A stretch of DNA of 64,000 bases, taken from NCBI RefSeq assembly GCF_009914755.1, contig NC_060925.1. One strand, given 5' to 3'. This document shows positions 1-13,689 of the stretch, piece by piece. Every line of letters starts with the position of its first letter. Position 1 is the first letter of the stretch. A program made the position numbers and the translations under genes. The notes beneath the pieces are model-generated. The model saw only the letters and a program-made list of their open reading frames with translations. It was not told where the DNA came from and did not search any database. The DNA is from the human T2T-CHM13v2.0 reference genome, Homo sapiens.

Positions 1-1208
1 GAAGCGTACCCAGACTTCTCTGGGAAACTTGAATTTAAGAAAGCTTATAAGGGAGACTGTGCAGTGGAAGGGGTCTGGTCAAGGAGAAACAGAGCACTGG
101 TGCCTGTATACTGCCCTCCCCCAATAAAATATTTGTCTCCTCTACCCCACAAGCCAGACCACAGCCATTCACATTTAAAGCTTGTGGTTTGTCCATCCTT
201 GGGAGGGTGCCACGTGGAATAGGATTATATTAAGTGCATAGTGATGGCTTTGTGGCTCAGGCAGGGAAATGTCCCTGGCTAATTGCACATTAGATACTAG
301 TCCTGTAAATGTTATTAGGCTGTGCAAGCTAGCTGCTACTATTAACTTTATGTTGACCTTCTTTGTACCAAACACAAGCTCTCAAAAGAGTTCTTTGCAG
401 AGTGCCATTTAAGGGCTCGTGCAGCCTTTAGAAGTTGATTTGGGGATGCCTGGGAATGCAGTCTCCTGGAATTGCATTTAGGATCCTGACTCAATATGTA
501 TTTTCATTCTGGTGTTTCTTTTGGTCCTATTCCATGCGTTGGATAGCTGAACATGGACAGATATACAATATGAAGTCTCTTTGGTTTCCATAGTAACACA
601 TTATTTATCTGGCATTGTCAGCTCATTAACTGTTCCACCCAAGTGAATTTTCCAACTAATCGAAGCATTTCTCATTAAATGCCAAACAGTTTGTTGTTTA
701 ATGGAAATCTTTCCTAATGGATTACCCACGCACCTCTGTCTTCCGAAGGAGGGCTGTCTTTTCACAATACTGCTTGGACTTCATTGTGAGTTTTTGGATG
801 GTGCTGTCATATATATTACTACATACCCAGGGTGTGTTGAACTCTGGACTAATTGCTCTAAGCTGTTAAATTTTTTGAGTCCCTGGGTCTCCGCACTTTC
901 TCCTGAGTAGTTCCCAGTTTATCTGCCTCCATCTCCTTTCCTGATCTCAATTTGTTGTGTCTAGTCAACTCCAGACTAGGAAATCTGATAACGAAGCTTG
1001 TGAAAAGTACGTATAAACAGCTTCTGAGTGAAAACCTCTTGAGCTTTTCTAAGGAGTAAGAGCTTCAATGCAACAAACTGGGCTGATTCTCCACAACAGA
1101 AAGCATTCTGCCTCAGACATTGTTTTGTCAGATATTTGTTTACCTATCCTGCCAAATTTGAGTTTCAGGAACCTAATCCAAATGTTAATTCGAATTTCCA
1201 AATCACCA

Positions 1209-1707
1209 CCGATTGCCCATCCCTAATCAAAAAATTCTAAATGCTCCAAAACCTAAAACATTTGAGCACCAACATGATGCCACAGGTGGAAAATTCCACA
1301 CCTGACCTCATGTGATGGGTTGGAGTCAAAACTTTGTTTCATACACAAAATTATTAAAAATATAGGGGCCAGGCATGGTGGTTCACACATGTATGTAATC
1401 CCAGCACTTTGGGAGGCTGAGGCAGGAGAATCACTTGAGTCCAGGAGTTTGAGACCACTCTGGGCAACACAGAAAGACCCTGTCTCTTTAAAAAATAATA
1501 ATAATTATTATTTTATATATATATAAAGTAAGATTACCTTTATACTATGTGTATAATGTGTGTATAAAAAATAAATTTTGTGTTTAGATTTAGGTCCCAT
1601 CCCTAAGATATCTCATTGTTTGTATGCAAATATTCTAAAATCTGAAAAAATCCAAAATCTAAAACACTTCTAATTGCAAGATTTTTGGATAAGGGATACT
1701 CAACCTG
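1209..1707 (+). mobile_element. Tigger4b/MER46B (TcMar-Tigger non-autonomous element), interrupted by a FLAM
   Basis: Internal GGAAAATTCCACACCTGACCTCATGTGA and TTTAGGTCCCATCCCTAAGATATCTCA; right TIR GGATAAGGGATACTCAACCTG; degenerate left TIR. Confidence 0.85.
1367..1505 (+). mobile_element. FLAM / free left Alu monomer inserted in Tigger4b
   Basis: GGCCAGGCATGGTGG…GACCCTGTCTCT followed directly by an A/AAT tail; no right arm. Confidence 0.85.
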
Positions 1708-2382
1708 GACTATCCAAGTGCTGGCTTTAAGTGGGATGTTACAAGGCCTTCAGAAAGGTCTGTTCAATCATTTCTTGTTCACTGCCAGGCACTGAGCAAA
1801 GCACTGGCCACCTAGATAGACATAGTCCTTGCTTTTGGGATACTGAAAGTCTAGATGGAAAAAAACTTAGAAATATGCAGATAAACTTGAAAAATGGTAT
1901 AGAGGGGTGCATGACTAGGTTCTGCATAGCACAGAGAAGGGAATGATGTCTGCTTAGAAGAATCAAAGACCATAAGCAAGAGGAGATAATTTGCCCTCCC
2001 TCTACCTCCCTTTTAAAAATTCATTTATGTCTTTCTGTATTTCTCTTGTTCCTATAGTCAATAAACACTTATTCAATACAAACTATATTCCTTTCACTGA
2101 AATTGCAGTAGCATATAAAGCAGATATAATTCCTGTTCTCATTTTGACATAAAGGATGAATAGAAAGAAAGGGAAGAGGAATGAAAATGGGCATCCCAAG
2201 AAAGAGAATCACGGATCGAAAGGGCAGGTGTGTTTGGAATGGTGAGCTGTCATTTAGCATGGCTGGAATTATGGGAAAGGAGGTTGTAAAGCATGCTCTG
2301 CTGAGGACTTCAAACTTTATTATATGTGCAGGAGATGCCCAGCAAAGGTTCTAACCCAGGAGTTCTTAGAAAAGTGTCACCA

Positions 2383-2695
2383 GGCTGGGCGTGGTGGCTC
2401 ACGCCTGTAATCCCAACACTTTGGGAGGTGGAGGTGAGAGGATCCCTTGAGCCCAGGAGTTCAAGATCAGTCTAGTCAACATGGTGGAGACTCTCTCTAC
2501 ACAGAAAATTTTTTTTTAATTAGCCAGACTTGGTGGTGTGTACCTGTGGTCCCAATTACTCTGAAGGCTAAGGCAGGAGGATCACTTGAGCCCAGGAGGT
2601 CATGGCGGCAACAAGCCATATTTGACTCACTCCAGCCTGGGTGACAGAGTGAGACCCTGTCTCAAAAAAAAAAAAGAAAAAAGGAAAGAAAAGAA
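2383..2695 (+). mobile_element. AluJ, full length
   Basis: Dimeric Alu with J-type CTTGAGCCCAGGAG in both arms and an A tail; degenerate TSD AAGTGT(C/G)ACCA. Confidence 0.93.
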
Positions 2696-4235
2696 GTGTG
2701 ACCATATGATGGGGGATTGTGGCATGGGAGGTGGGCAGCAGCAGAGAACCAAACCCACAACATCTAATAAATGACATGTAATTTTCAACTTCAACTTTAG
2801 GTCTTAAATTTTGGGTTTTTTGCCTCAATTACCCAGAATCCATCAATAGCTTTTCTGTTGTTTCTGCCTCTGCTCTTTTCCCTTGAATGCTGTCACACAG
2901 ATCCAAGCAATTAGAGCCTACAGAAACAAGTAGAGGCTGCCTGACCCCAGGAATGGGCTAATAGATGACTCAGCCATAGTTTTGCTGCAGAATTATGTCA
3001 GTGGAATTTATTAATGCCTGAATTATATTCCATGTTGTACTGGTTCTTAACCCACATCATGAGGATTAAATGAGATAATGCATGTGAAATCTTCATGCCT
3101 GACCCATAAGCACTAAATAAACAGCAATTGTCTTTAACCCGTGCTTATTCCACTCTGTCACACTGCCTGCCAACTTAACGCACTTGGTCTTTTTTCAAGG
3201 TATATGTGCTGTCAGCTTATCTTCACTGTACTGTTAGCTCCTCAATTGTGGGATCTGGGAATGTTAATCTTTGTATCATAGTGACTTTTAAGTTAGATTA
3301 TTTAAACATGTCATTCTAATCATAATGCAGAGACACATGCATGCTTTCAGAGAGCAGCAGAAATTCAGTTTTAATTTATCATTGCATTGAAGCTGGAAGA
3401 AAACCTGAGGGTATTGTTCTCAGAAGTTTTAACGAGAACAACATTCTCTTTGCATTATCAATGTTCCTCAGTCGCCACTTGGCTGGAGCAACTACCTCTG
3501 GCTTCAGTTAGCTATTTACATTCCTCTATTTTTATATAAATTGTGCTATATTAGCATATATTTCACACTGTGACCTAGTGTTTCCCAGATCCTTTAAGCC
3601 AGGCTATTTGTACATTAGTCAACGTCAATGGAAGTAAAATAGCAAATTGAGTACAGACTGTAGCCCTGCTGCATTGCCCACTCTGTCATGCTGAAATGGA
3701 TTCCTTATTCTAAGAAGATTTGCTGTGAAATACAGTCTATTTACATTAAGAAGACCTCTGTATATTTAAGGCATAATTGTTTCAGGGCCTTCATTAATTC
3801 TTGAACTGCAAGACCTAGATTTTCTTTTCTTGTATCTTTTCTATAACAATGGAAGTCAGGAGTTTCCAAAAAAAATAACAAATTGTTCCTCATTAAAATG
3901 GAACTGAAAATGGTTTTCTGGAAATGTGCTTTACAAACAATGAGAGAATCTGATTGTAAATCAACTCCAGGACCCAGCTGTCCCAGGGTCCAGGCTGGGA
4001 AGCTCCAGGATAAAAGGTAGTCTGTATTTTTATGGAAAAATAAAACAATTTTTTACTTCCGTAATTGATGAAGTGCTTATCTTGTCATACAATTTTAAAG
4101 TCGGAAGAGATCTCAGAATTCATTTAATCCAGCCCCTTCTTGGAAAATAACTTCTTCCTTGGTATCTCTGACATATGGACATCTAGTCTCTTCTAGAATA
4201 CTTTTAGCCATGGGCAACTCACTCCTTTTTCAGAA

Positions 4236-4935
4236 AAAATTGTGGTTAAACATATGTAACATAAAATTACTTTTTAATCATTTTAGGTGTGCAGTTCAGC
4301 TGCGTTAAGTACATTTCACATTGTTGTGTAATCATTACCACCATCCAATGCCAGAAATTTTTCATCTCCTCCAACTAGAACTCTGACCCATTAAACACTA
4401 ACTTTCGATTCCACCCCACCCTGCCTCTGCCTCCTGGCAACCATCATTCTACTTTCTGTCCCTATGATTTTGACTACTCTATGTGCCACATTTAAGTGGA
4501 ATCATATAGTATTTGTCCTTTGTGACTGGCCTATTTCAGTTATCATAATTGTCAAGATTCATCCATGTTAGAGCATGTGCTAGAATTTTCTTCCTTTTTA
4601 AGGCTGAATAATATTACATTGTATGCACATGCACATTTTGTTTATCCATTCATCTGTCAATATACATTTGGGTTGCTTCTACCTTTTGGTTGTTATAAAT
4701 GCTGCCATGAGTATGGGTGTGCATATTTGAGTCCCTACTTTCAATTCTTTTGTGTATATATTCCCAAAAGCAATTCCAGAAGTGGAATTCCTAGATTACA
4801 TGGAAATTTTATTTTTAATTTTTTGTGGAACTGCCATATTGTTTTCCACAGTGGCTGTACCATTTTACATTCCTACGAGCAGTGCATAAGCATTCCAGTT
4901 TCTCCACATTTTTGCCAACACTTGTCATTTTCTGT
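4236..4935 (-). mobile_element. L1MB-type LINE-1 3' fragment
   Basis: Antisense L1M 3' end motifs (CATTGTTGTGTAATCATTACCACCATCC, AGGCTGAATAATATT, TTCCACAGTGGCTGTACCATTTTACATTCC). Confidence 0.85.
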
Positions 4936-4974
4936 TTTTTTTTTTTTTTTTTTTTAAACTCTTTAGCGTTGTAA

Positions 4975-5190
4975 TGGCATGGACTTTGGCTTTGAAACCT
5001 GGCTCAGCCACATACTAGGTGTGGGAATTTGAACAAATTATTTATTCTCTCTGAGCCTGAGGGGTTTTTTTGGAAAATGTGGGTAATGGATAATATTAAT
5101 TTTATAAAATTATGAGGATGAAATGAGAAAATTCATGTAAAAATACTTAGTTCACCATCTGAAAATAGGAGGCTATCAGTGAATATTTGC
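4975..5190 (+). mobile_element. MIR
   Basis: Degenerate MIR core (CTCAGCCACATACTAGGTGTG…CTCTCTGAGCCT…GAGGATGAAATGAGA). Confidence 0.7.
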
Positions 5191-6730
5191 TCTCGTTTTT
5201 TTCGTGGTCATTGATTAGTCCATTAAATTTAGGGCTACTCTGATGTTAGACTGACTTCTTCATTTTGAATTAAAACCTACTTTGGTGTAACTCCTGTAGC
5301 TTGTGTAACAGTTGCCTTTAATTCATCATTCCTGACTCTGCTCTTTACAATGTCACATGATAAATAATATCCCCCTCCCACATGTCACCTGTCTGATATT
5401 TGAAGGCAGCTATCAAGTATTCACTAGTCTTCTCTTGCTTTGGTCGAACACTCTGGTTTCCTTCAACTGTTTCTTAAATGATGTGGTTTCTAGATCTCTC
5501 ATCATGTATATCAGTCAATTCTGGACTACAGTCTAGTAGAATAGGATAATTGGAAATCACACCATCTCTCCCCTTATTTTGGCTTTCCTGCCAAACTATG
5601 ATGTCCACATGAAAGAACAGATGCATGGATATGCGTCTCTCAATCAGTTCAACACATTGAGCCCTTGGCCATGGCTTCCATCTCTTACTCAACCTCTCCC
5701 CTTCCTCATTGCTCAGAGTGCTTGATGTCTAAAGCACTTGCTTTCATTGAGTTTAGGATCAATTATAATTTCAAATTTTCTCCATTTTGTTTTTTCTCTC
5801 CTGTCAGCTCCTTAAGAGAGACCAAGGACTACCTGTTCCCGTGTACCTTCCTCATGGTCCCACTAGCACCCAGCAGGCATGAAGGCTGTACTTTTGAAAT
5901 AAAATTCAGTTTCGCTCTGAGACATGGAGCTGTGTCTTCTGACACAATCACAAAAACCACAGAGGGCATTGGCTAGAGTTTGAGCCTTTTCTGTTGCTGA
6001 AGGGAATACCTAAAGACTTGCCCAGGAAGAGAAGGCTAGAGTGGGAGAGTATTTTGGCTGGAACTCCAAGGAGCACTTTGAACGTGGGTCTTCAGACATG
6101 AAAGTGTAGGGAGGGCTTCACTCCACCCCACCCTGTCCTGTAATTCCTGGACTCTTCAATGCCAAGCGAAATTATCAGTTTCTAAATTTGCCCTTAGGAG
6201 GGTGAATAGAGTGCCTTAGAAATACCAGTGCTGTTTCTGAAAGTTCCCAAGCAGTTGAAAGAATTCTGGATGTTTCTGATTTACATGCCTAACTCATCTA
6301 AATGTCTTTTCTTTATGAGCTCGTTGACATCCAAGAAGACTTTTCAGTTTTATTATGAACCTTTTTACCTTTAAAAACAAAAATCCCAAACCTCTATTCC
6401 TGAGAAGGGAAGTTGTAATTTTGTCAAAGATAAAATATTTGAATGGTGCTCTGTCCCAGCTCCTCCACTGTGTGTTTGAAAACCTAGTTCCTCATGTATT
6501 ATCCTCCCAAACACATGTTATGTGTTTACATTAAAAAAAGGTAAAAGCCAGATTCTCTTCCTTTCTTTAAAAATAGAACAAAAACAAAACAAAAAGTGAA
6601 GGAGAGGGAGGAGTAACTCATTTCTTGGCATTTTAATAGAGTACCCAGAATCCTCCTAATATAAGGCACTATTATAGTTGAAAGGCATATTAAAACTATG
6701 TATAAATGAAAAACTCTGTCTTTTAAAAAT

Positions 6731-7020
6731 TGTTTATTTATTAGACTGGAGTGCAATGGTGCAATAACAGCTCACTATAACCTTGAACTCCTGGGTTCAA
6801 GTGATCCTCCTGCCTCAGGCTCCTGAATAGCTTGGACCACAGGTGCATGACACCATGCCAGGGTTTTTTGTTTGTTTGTTTTTTGTTTTGTTTTGCTTTT
6901 TTGTAGAGTCAGGGTCTCACTATGCTATCTAAGCTGGTCTTGAACTCCTGGCCCCAAAAGATCCTCCTGACTTGGCCTCCCAAAGTGCTAGAATTATAGA
7001 CTGAGCCACCGTGCCCAGCC
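6731..7020 (-). mobile_element. AluJ, with a small deletion next to the tail
   Basis: Antisense Alu ending …GTGCCCAGCC; the middle A-rich linker has become (TTTG)n. Confidence 0.9.
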
Positions 7021-7952
7021 TAAAAGCCCTATCTTTAGTAAAGGACTGGTAGATTTACTTATGATGGACATACATGAGCTTTATGGCATGAGTTTTGTGA
7101 CTTCTACATTAACCACTCAGAACACTGACAAGCTGTAAAAATATTATAGATCACAGCCATTTTTCAGATATTTGCAGTTGCCAGATTGCTGATATGCAGA
7201 TCTTATTTTGCAAAGTCAAGGCAAAGTGGTCCCTTCTTAGTTTGCCTGTTTGCCATATATGCATTTGGAATGATGCCACACTGCCTGGTGAGACCCCAAC
7301 AAAGGCATTACTTGGTGGCGTAGAAAAATAACCAATTTCCAAGGAAAGACAGAAAGAGGCAGGTCTTCTTCACCCATATGGGCCTGTTGTCTTCCAGGTC
7401 TAATTTGGGCTATGTTTGGTTTATCTGTGTGGTAGACTTCACTTTTCTTACATTAATTATTTGTGATCTGCCACCTGGGGAAGTTGGAAAACATCAGAAG
7501 TTAATGCTGTTGGGTTTCTTTAAGGAGAAGAAAGAAAGGCCTAGAGGTGTCTTTGCAACAAAGAAGGTAGCTATTAACCTTTAAGGGTGTTGTAGAAGCC
7601 AGTATAACATCACTAATGTGGTTGTCATGAAATGCAATGACCCTTCTCTCTTCTGTCACCTGTCTCGCTTGACTAACTCTACCACTCACATTTCATGATT
7701 CAGTGTGGAGAACATAATGTGACAAATAGGAAAGGAGAATGTAAACACTTGTAGTAATGTCTGTCTAGTGTGACCAAAATCCCTGACCTTATATTTTAAC
7801 ATTGTAACTTTTGGGAAGAATTTCTTTTGATACATGTTTTTATTTTATGAACTTAAAAAAACCCGACAACCCTTGTATATGTCAGAGTCTGTTAGTACTG
7901 TGTGATACATTAAATAGCAGAGAATGGAACAAATATCTGTGGAATAGGTTAA

Positions 7953-8276
<324 letters not shown>

Positions 8277-9094
8277 AGGTTAATTATTTAATGCAGACTT
8301 CTGCTCAGGGTATTTGTGCTTAAAGAGATGGACTGTATAGACACATCCTAGTAAAAGGCTTGAGTTACTGGTAGTTTAAACAGAAGCCACTGGTGAACAG
8401 GGGAAAGAACTATTGGTTCAAGTTTAATTTGGCATCTTTTTAGCAGTGACATTTGGCACATCACCCTCTAATCCTTGGTTTTGTCACCACCAAAATGAAG
8501 ATAATAACACATCAGCAAATGTTTGTGAAAATGTATAAATGTGCTTTGCAAACTCTCATGGATAGATAGCATGTTATTAGTATGATTGCTCTGCTAATGA
8601 GTGTAGACTTTGCTGAAGTTCTCCTCCTCCTCTTCTTCCTGCCTCTTCTTCCTGCTCATTACTGTCACAACTACCCCTTATGAATTTGTGAGCCATTAGG
8701 GTAGATTCTGCATCTCTTAACCCATGTCTTTTTCTGCCTGCCAGTCAGAGTCAGCAAATATTAGATACCTAATAAGTGTCCAACACGAAGGATTTAAAGA
8801 TCAGTACTCAAAATATACAAATATGGACATGCAGCGATACCTAAGGGACTGTTTACAGTTCCCCAAATTAGTATGGCTCCCTGGGGCAGAAAAATCTTTT
8901 GTCTACATTTCTAATGTCTACTCATCCTTAAAACTCAACTCAAAAGTCAGTATCCCTTGCCAACCTGAGATGTTCATTTCTGTTGCCCTCCTACTCGCTC
9001 TTATGAGGTGCTCTTTCTATGGAGTCCCGTAAAACTCCGGGCATACCTCAGAAGAAACACTTGTCATTTGACAGAGGAATCTTTGAGAATTGAA

Positions 9095-10290
9095 CTCTTT
9101 TTAATAAAAATTCTCCCATTTTGCACATGGTATAGAATTTTAAGAGTGCAAAAAGATGTACAGTAAAACATCCTGCTTGCCCCTGACTTGAAACCACCAG
9201 TTCCCCTTCTCTGGTGTAGACACTGTTCCCAATTTTGGGGCATCTCTTTTATAGATATTTTATAAAGATGTATATTTATACATGTAAGAGTATGCATACA
9301 TAATGCATATTATACATTCCATATGTATCTGTGTATAAGAACACACAAGCACATTTTTGTTTTTGCATAAATTATATTGTTGTATACACACTATGAGTAC
9401 TTTGCTTTTATTTTTAAACCTAATGATTTATTTTGGTGATTGTTCCAAATACAGTGCATACAGTTTCCTTGTTTTTTTATAACAGCTGCATTGTATTTCA
9501 TTGTGAATTTTGGATAGCCATAATTTATTTAGGTAGTCTGCTATTGCTGGACAAGTAGGTTGTTTCCAATCATTTTATATTATAGACAATACTGCCATGA
9601 AAATGTTGTAACAATATTATTTCATGTATGTTTGAGGGCATCTGTCAGATTAAATTCCTAGAAGTGGAATTGATGTACACACAGTTATTAACATTTTAAA
9701 CTTTCATAGATATTGTCAAGTTGTACCAATTTATGCTGCTTTTGATATAAGGGTTCCTGATTGTTCATATCCCTTTCAGTATAGTGAGTTATCAAACTCT
9801 TCATATTTCCAATCTGATTGGGGAGAAATAACATCTCATTGAAGTTTTATATAACATTTTTTATATTATCAGTCAGGTTATCATGTTTGATATGTTTAAA
9901 GACCACTTACATTTCCTTATCTGTAAATTGTGCACTCATATCCTTTGTCCACTTATCTATTTCCTCCTTGGATTTTTTTTCTTTCTGATTGGTAGGAAAT
10001 TTTGCTTACTATATTGTAGCCCTTTGCCTTTTGAGCTGCAATAATTTTGTCTCCCTAGTTTGACATATGTCTTTTGATATTAATAACCCATTTATGCCTA
10101 AGTAGCAATTTTTTGAATTTTTGCAATCAGACCTCGGCGGGGACCTTGAGCAGTAGGATATCAATAACTCTCACGTGCTTAGCCTTCCAATAATGGAACA
10201 CTAGTCATAAATGGTTAATACGGTCAAATTTATTACCTTTTTAAAGGCTTATAGATTTTTGTGTCAAACTTTGAAAAGGTCTTCACACTA
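9095..10290 (-). mobile_element. Old L1M (L1MC/ME-type) fragment, interrupted by MER85
   Basis: T-rich degenerate antisense L1 3' sequence (AATTCCTAGAAGTGGAATTG; CATCTCATTGAAGTTTT). Confidence 0.7.
10087..10214 (-). mobile_element. MER85 (non-autonomous piggyBac, PGBD3-derived MITE)
   Basis: CCCATTTATGCCT…GCAATTTTTTGAATTTTTGCAATCAGACCT…GACCTTGAGCAGTAGGATA…TTCCAATAATGGAACACTAGTCATAAATGG. Terminal inverted repeats; right flank TTAA (10215-18), left flank ATAA. Confidence 0.93.
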
Positions 10291-11339
10291 CAAGGACCTT
10301 GAAGCAGCAGGTCAGAAAAAATGCAGACAATGGAGAAGGCTTGTGGGGAAAGGCCTGAAGAAGAGGGTCCTCCTAGTGGAATAGCTCACAGTGTGGGACG
10401 GTGACATGAACTTAAGGGAGAGGTAGTAAAGTGAAACTCATTGCATTGCTTCTCTCTCCCAAGTGCTTCCACCAGCCACAGCAAATTCCCCCAAATACCT
10501 CCGTCATCCCTGACTGAAAATGGATGACCACATTCCATATGGGAAAAGTATACACCACCTCTGAGCATCCTCTTATCAGCCAGAGATCAAGTTGCCCATC
10601 TCAGAAGGAGATACACAGGATCAGACAGGCTGCCTCATCCATCAAGTGCACAGTAGCTTTGGTCGTTCCTGTTCATTGCAGTTGACTGGAAAGGCCTCCT
10701 GAAATGCTGATAGCTGTGGGAGGAGGGAGAGCCCTCCCTTTCCACATATGGGCAGATCTTTGGCAAATCCAAAGATGGTCTTGCATTTTTGTGAAAGTTC
10801 CTATGCAGGCAGCGACAAACAGCTAGGTTGTTTATAAAAGCTGCAGGTGGAATGCCATTTCATTTTGGATGTAGATATTGACACCCGGCAACCAAGTCAA
10901 ACTGTTTCCATCAGATGTAAAAGCCAGAACAGTCTTGGCAGGTTGATGGCTAATGAAAAGGAGTTGCAAAATTAATTACATGGAAAATTATTTTTTTTTC
11001 TAATAAGATAATGAAAAAATACATACCGGATTAGGGAATGACAAACTCACCAAGCTTAAATAGCAGTTGTTATTAGCTGAACTCTGTACTTTTGGATGTG
11101 AGAATATCATTCTTCCCAGATCATTGTTTGAAAGAGACCTCCTGTACTTTTGCCTCTCTCAAATTTGATTAAATGAGCTGCCAACACAAGACCCTGTCAG
11201 ACTAAGATGACTCTAATAGGCAGTTCTCCGTAGCGCTTCACAACAATGAAAGTAAGTTCCTCCCTCCATTTGTCTTTTGCCTTCAGTTTCTCAAACTTAT
11301 TTCTGAATGCACAAGGATTTTTGAAATCTGGTCAGCTTA

Positions 11340-11800
11340 TTTAGTGGAATGATTATGGGCTTTGCAATCAGAAAGACTGGATTTCAAATCTTGGCTTTGT
11401 CAATCTATGGCTTTAGATTAGTTCTTAACCTCATTGAGCCTTAGAGTTCCCATCTGTAAATGGACATGTATTACCCACAAATAATTCTATATAACAAATT
11501 ACCCCAAAATATAGTGTCTTAAAACAATGAGCATTTATTTAGCTGAAGAATAAATGAGCTATTATTTATTATTATAGCTATTATCAAAAAAGATTGGTTA
11601 GGCGGTTCTCTGATCTGGACTGAGCCAAGGTGATCTCGGCACATGCTATTAGCCAAAGCAAGTCTAGATTCAATGGTACAGAAATACACTCCATCTCTTC
11701 ATTGGAGGAGATACAAAAAGATGTGGATACAGGGAGGAATAAATTGTGGGCATTTTATAGTCTACTACACTACCTTATAGGAATAAATGTGATAATATAG
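11340..11800. mobile_element. MIR (+) split by an old MLT1-type LTR fragment (-, ~11468-11768)
   Basis: MIR core to CCCATCTGTAAATGG resumes at CTACCTTATAGG; the insert has MLT1 motifs (AACAAATTACCCCAAAAT…CTTAAAACAA; GATGTGGATACAGGGAGG). Confidence 0.6.
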
Positions 11801-13689
11801 GGAGCATGCAGCTATCATATCACCTATGCATTCAGAAAACGTCTATTGACTACCTACTATGAGTTTGGTGCAACATTGATACTGTGAGATACTGTGAGTA
11901 ACGTAGAAGAAAGTAAAATCTCATCCCCAGCCTCAAGAAGCATACAATCTTATTAAAAAGATGTACCCCCAAAGAAACTGTAGATCACCTTACAAAGTGC
12001 AAAGTCTCTTAAGAGTGGAACAGATAAAATACTGTGGGGTTTCAGAAGAGGGAGAAATTAAACTAAAAGGCTCTGGGAAGAGATTCTCGTCCCAACTTAT
12101 GCTCTGCTAATGTTTTCCTCGATTTAACTTTGATTATTGATCTCCCCAGGCTATCAGTAATGACATGGTGCAGGAAACCCAGTCCAGACAGGCGAAACAT
12201 TTTAAACTGGTGCAATTTCAGGTGAATTAAGTATTTGAACATTGCCAGCCATCCAGATTCTACACGCCCAGGCTAATATGGCTGGAGCAAAACCATCTTA
12301 CTGTCTTGCAGGATGATAGTAATCCTCTTAAATTTATCTCTCTGATTAAGATAATTTCCACTAATCCAGGAGTCCCTCAATCCCATGAACTTAAACACTT
12401 GATTTCCAGGGACAGCCAGAAGGTATAAATCACACTTTTAATATATTTTTCTGAAAATAGTTCTTTTTTTCCCCCCTTTCACGCCTCACAGTTTGGAGCT
12501 TTGAAATAATTGAATTAACAGTGCGCTAGAGGGGGTTAGACAAAAACAAAAACTGGGAAAGGGACTTTACCAGCAGTGCAGTAGAGAGCCTGAGTGGAGC
12601 CAGGATTGGGTGAGGAGAGATCATGGCTATGTTCTGGCAGTTGGTGACATGTCAGGGGACCTTAGGCAAGTTCTCTGCCCAAGTCTGGGTTTCTTCAAGT
12701 CCAACCAGGGTATGATTATCTCAGGCCTTGATCCTTTGCATGTGGAGTCATGAGCTAATGTCTGTTCTGTGTACGGACTTTCTTGAAAGGAAAAGTGCTA
12801 CCTAAATACAAGGTACTTGTATTACTGTAAGGTCTTGGAATCTTAATAGCTTTCTCAACTGCAGCCAAAGTGGGCTTCTCTTTGTAAATGCTTTAAGTGG
12901 CTGAGAATCAAGGCTGAAAAGGGGTTTGTTTCTCTCCCCATCTATGCCTAGAGTAGGATGGCTGCACGTTTTTAGGGCTTGCCCAATTTGCCCATTTATA
13001 ATGGAGGGCTCCACAGACATCACAGCCATTGAAATCCTATGTAAAATAGAGAAAGGCTAAGACAATACTACACACTGCTTTTTGCAAGAAAATAATTTTC
13101 TATGTAAAAGTATAGTTGTCTAATTCAGTGGTCAACCAATTAAGAGAACCTTCAAGTTAGACCTAAATATTTGGCTTTGAAAGACGTTCAAGAGGTACCA
13201 GTTTTGTTGTTGGTTAATATTCATTGAGCTGTCTCAATGTTGAGGTTGCTGCCCACACTGAAATTTTATGACAAAAGCAAAAGTAACATTTTAATTGGCT
13301 AACTCCCTTTCCCCTAGACTCTTAAATTACATTAAAGTTCTCAGTTCATTTAAAGCTTTTTGTGTTTTTCAGTTATTTTTACAGACATATTATCTGGGTT
13401 TCCTTACCCTGGTGGTTTGTAGAGGATCGGTGCTAGGCTGCAGGTTATGTAAGACTCACCTAGGGAGATTCAATAGTTTAGAGACAGGGGTCAAAAAATC
13501 ATTATTTTTTTTAACATGCTCCCCAGCTGAGTTTGGGAATCATTACATTAAACACTCTTCAGGCTGTATCTATGTTTAGTTTCTGTATCTATGATTAGTG
13601 TTTTTTTTTTTTAAAGTCTTTACCCAATTGTGAGAACTGCTACTTCGCTAAAAGTTTACCATCTGCTGGACATTGAAGTCATCTCCAAA

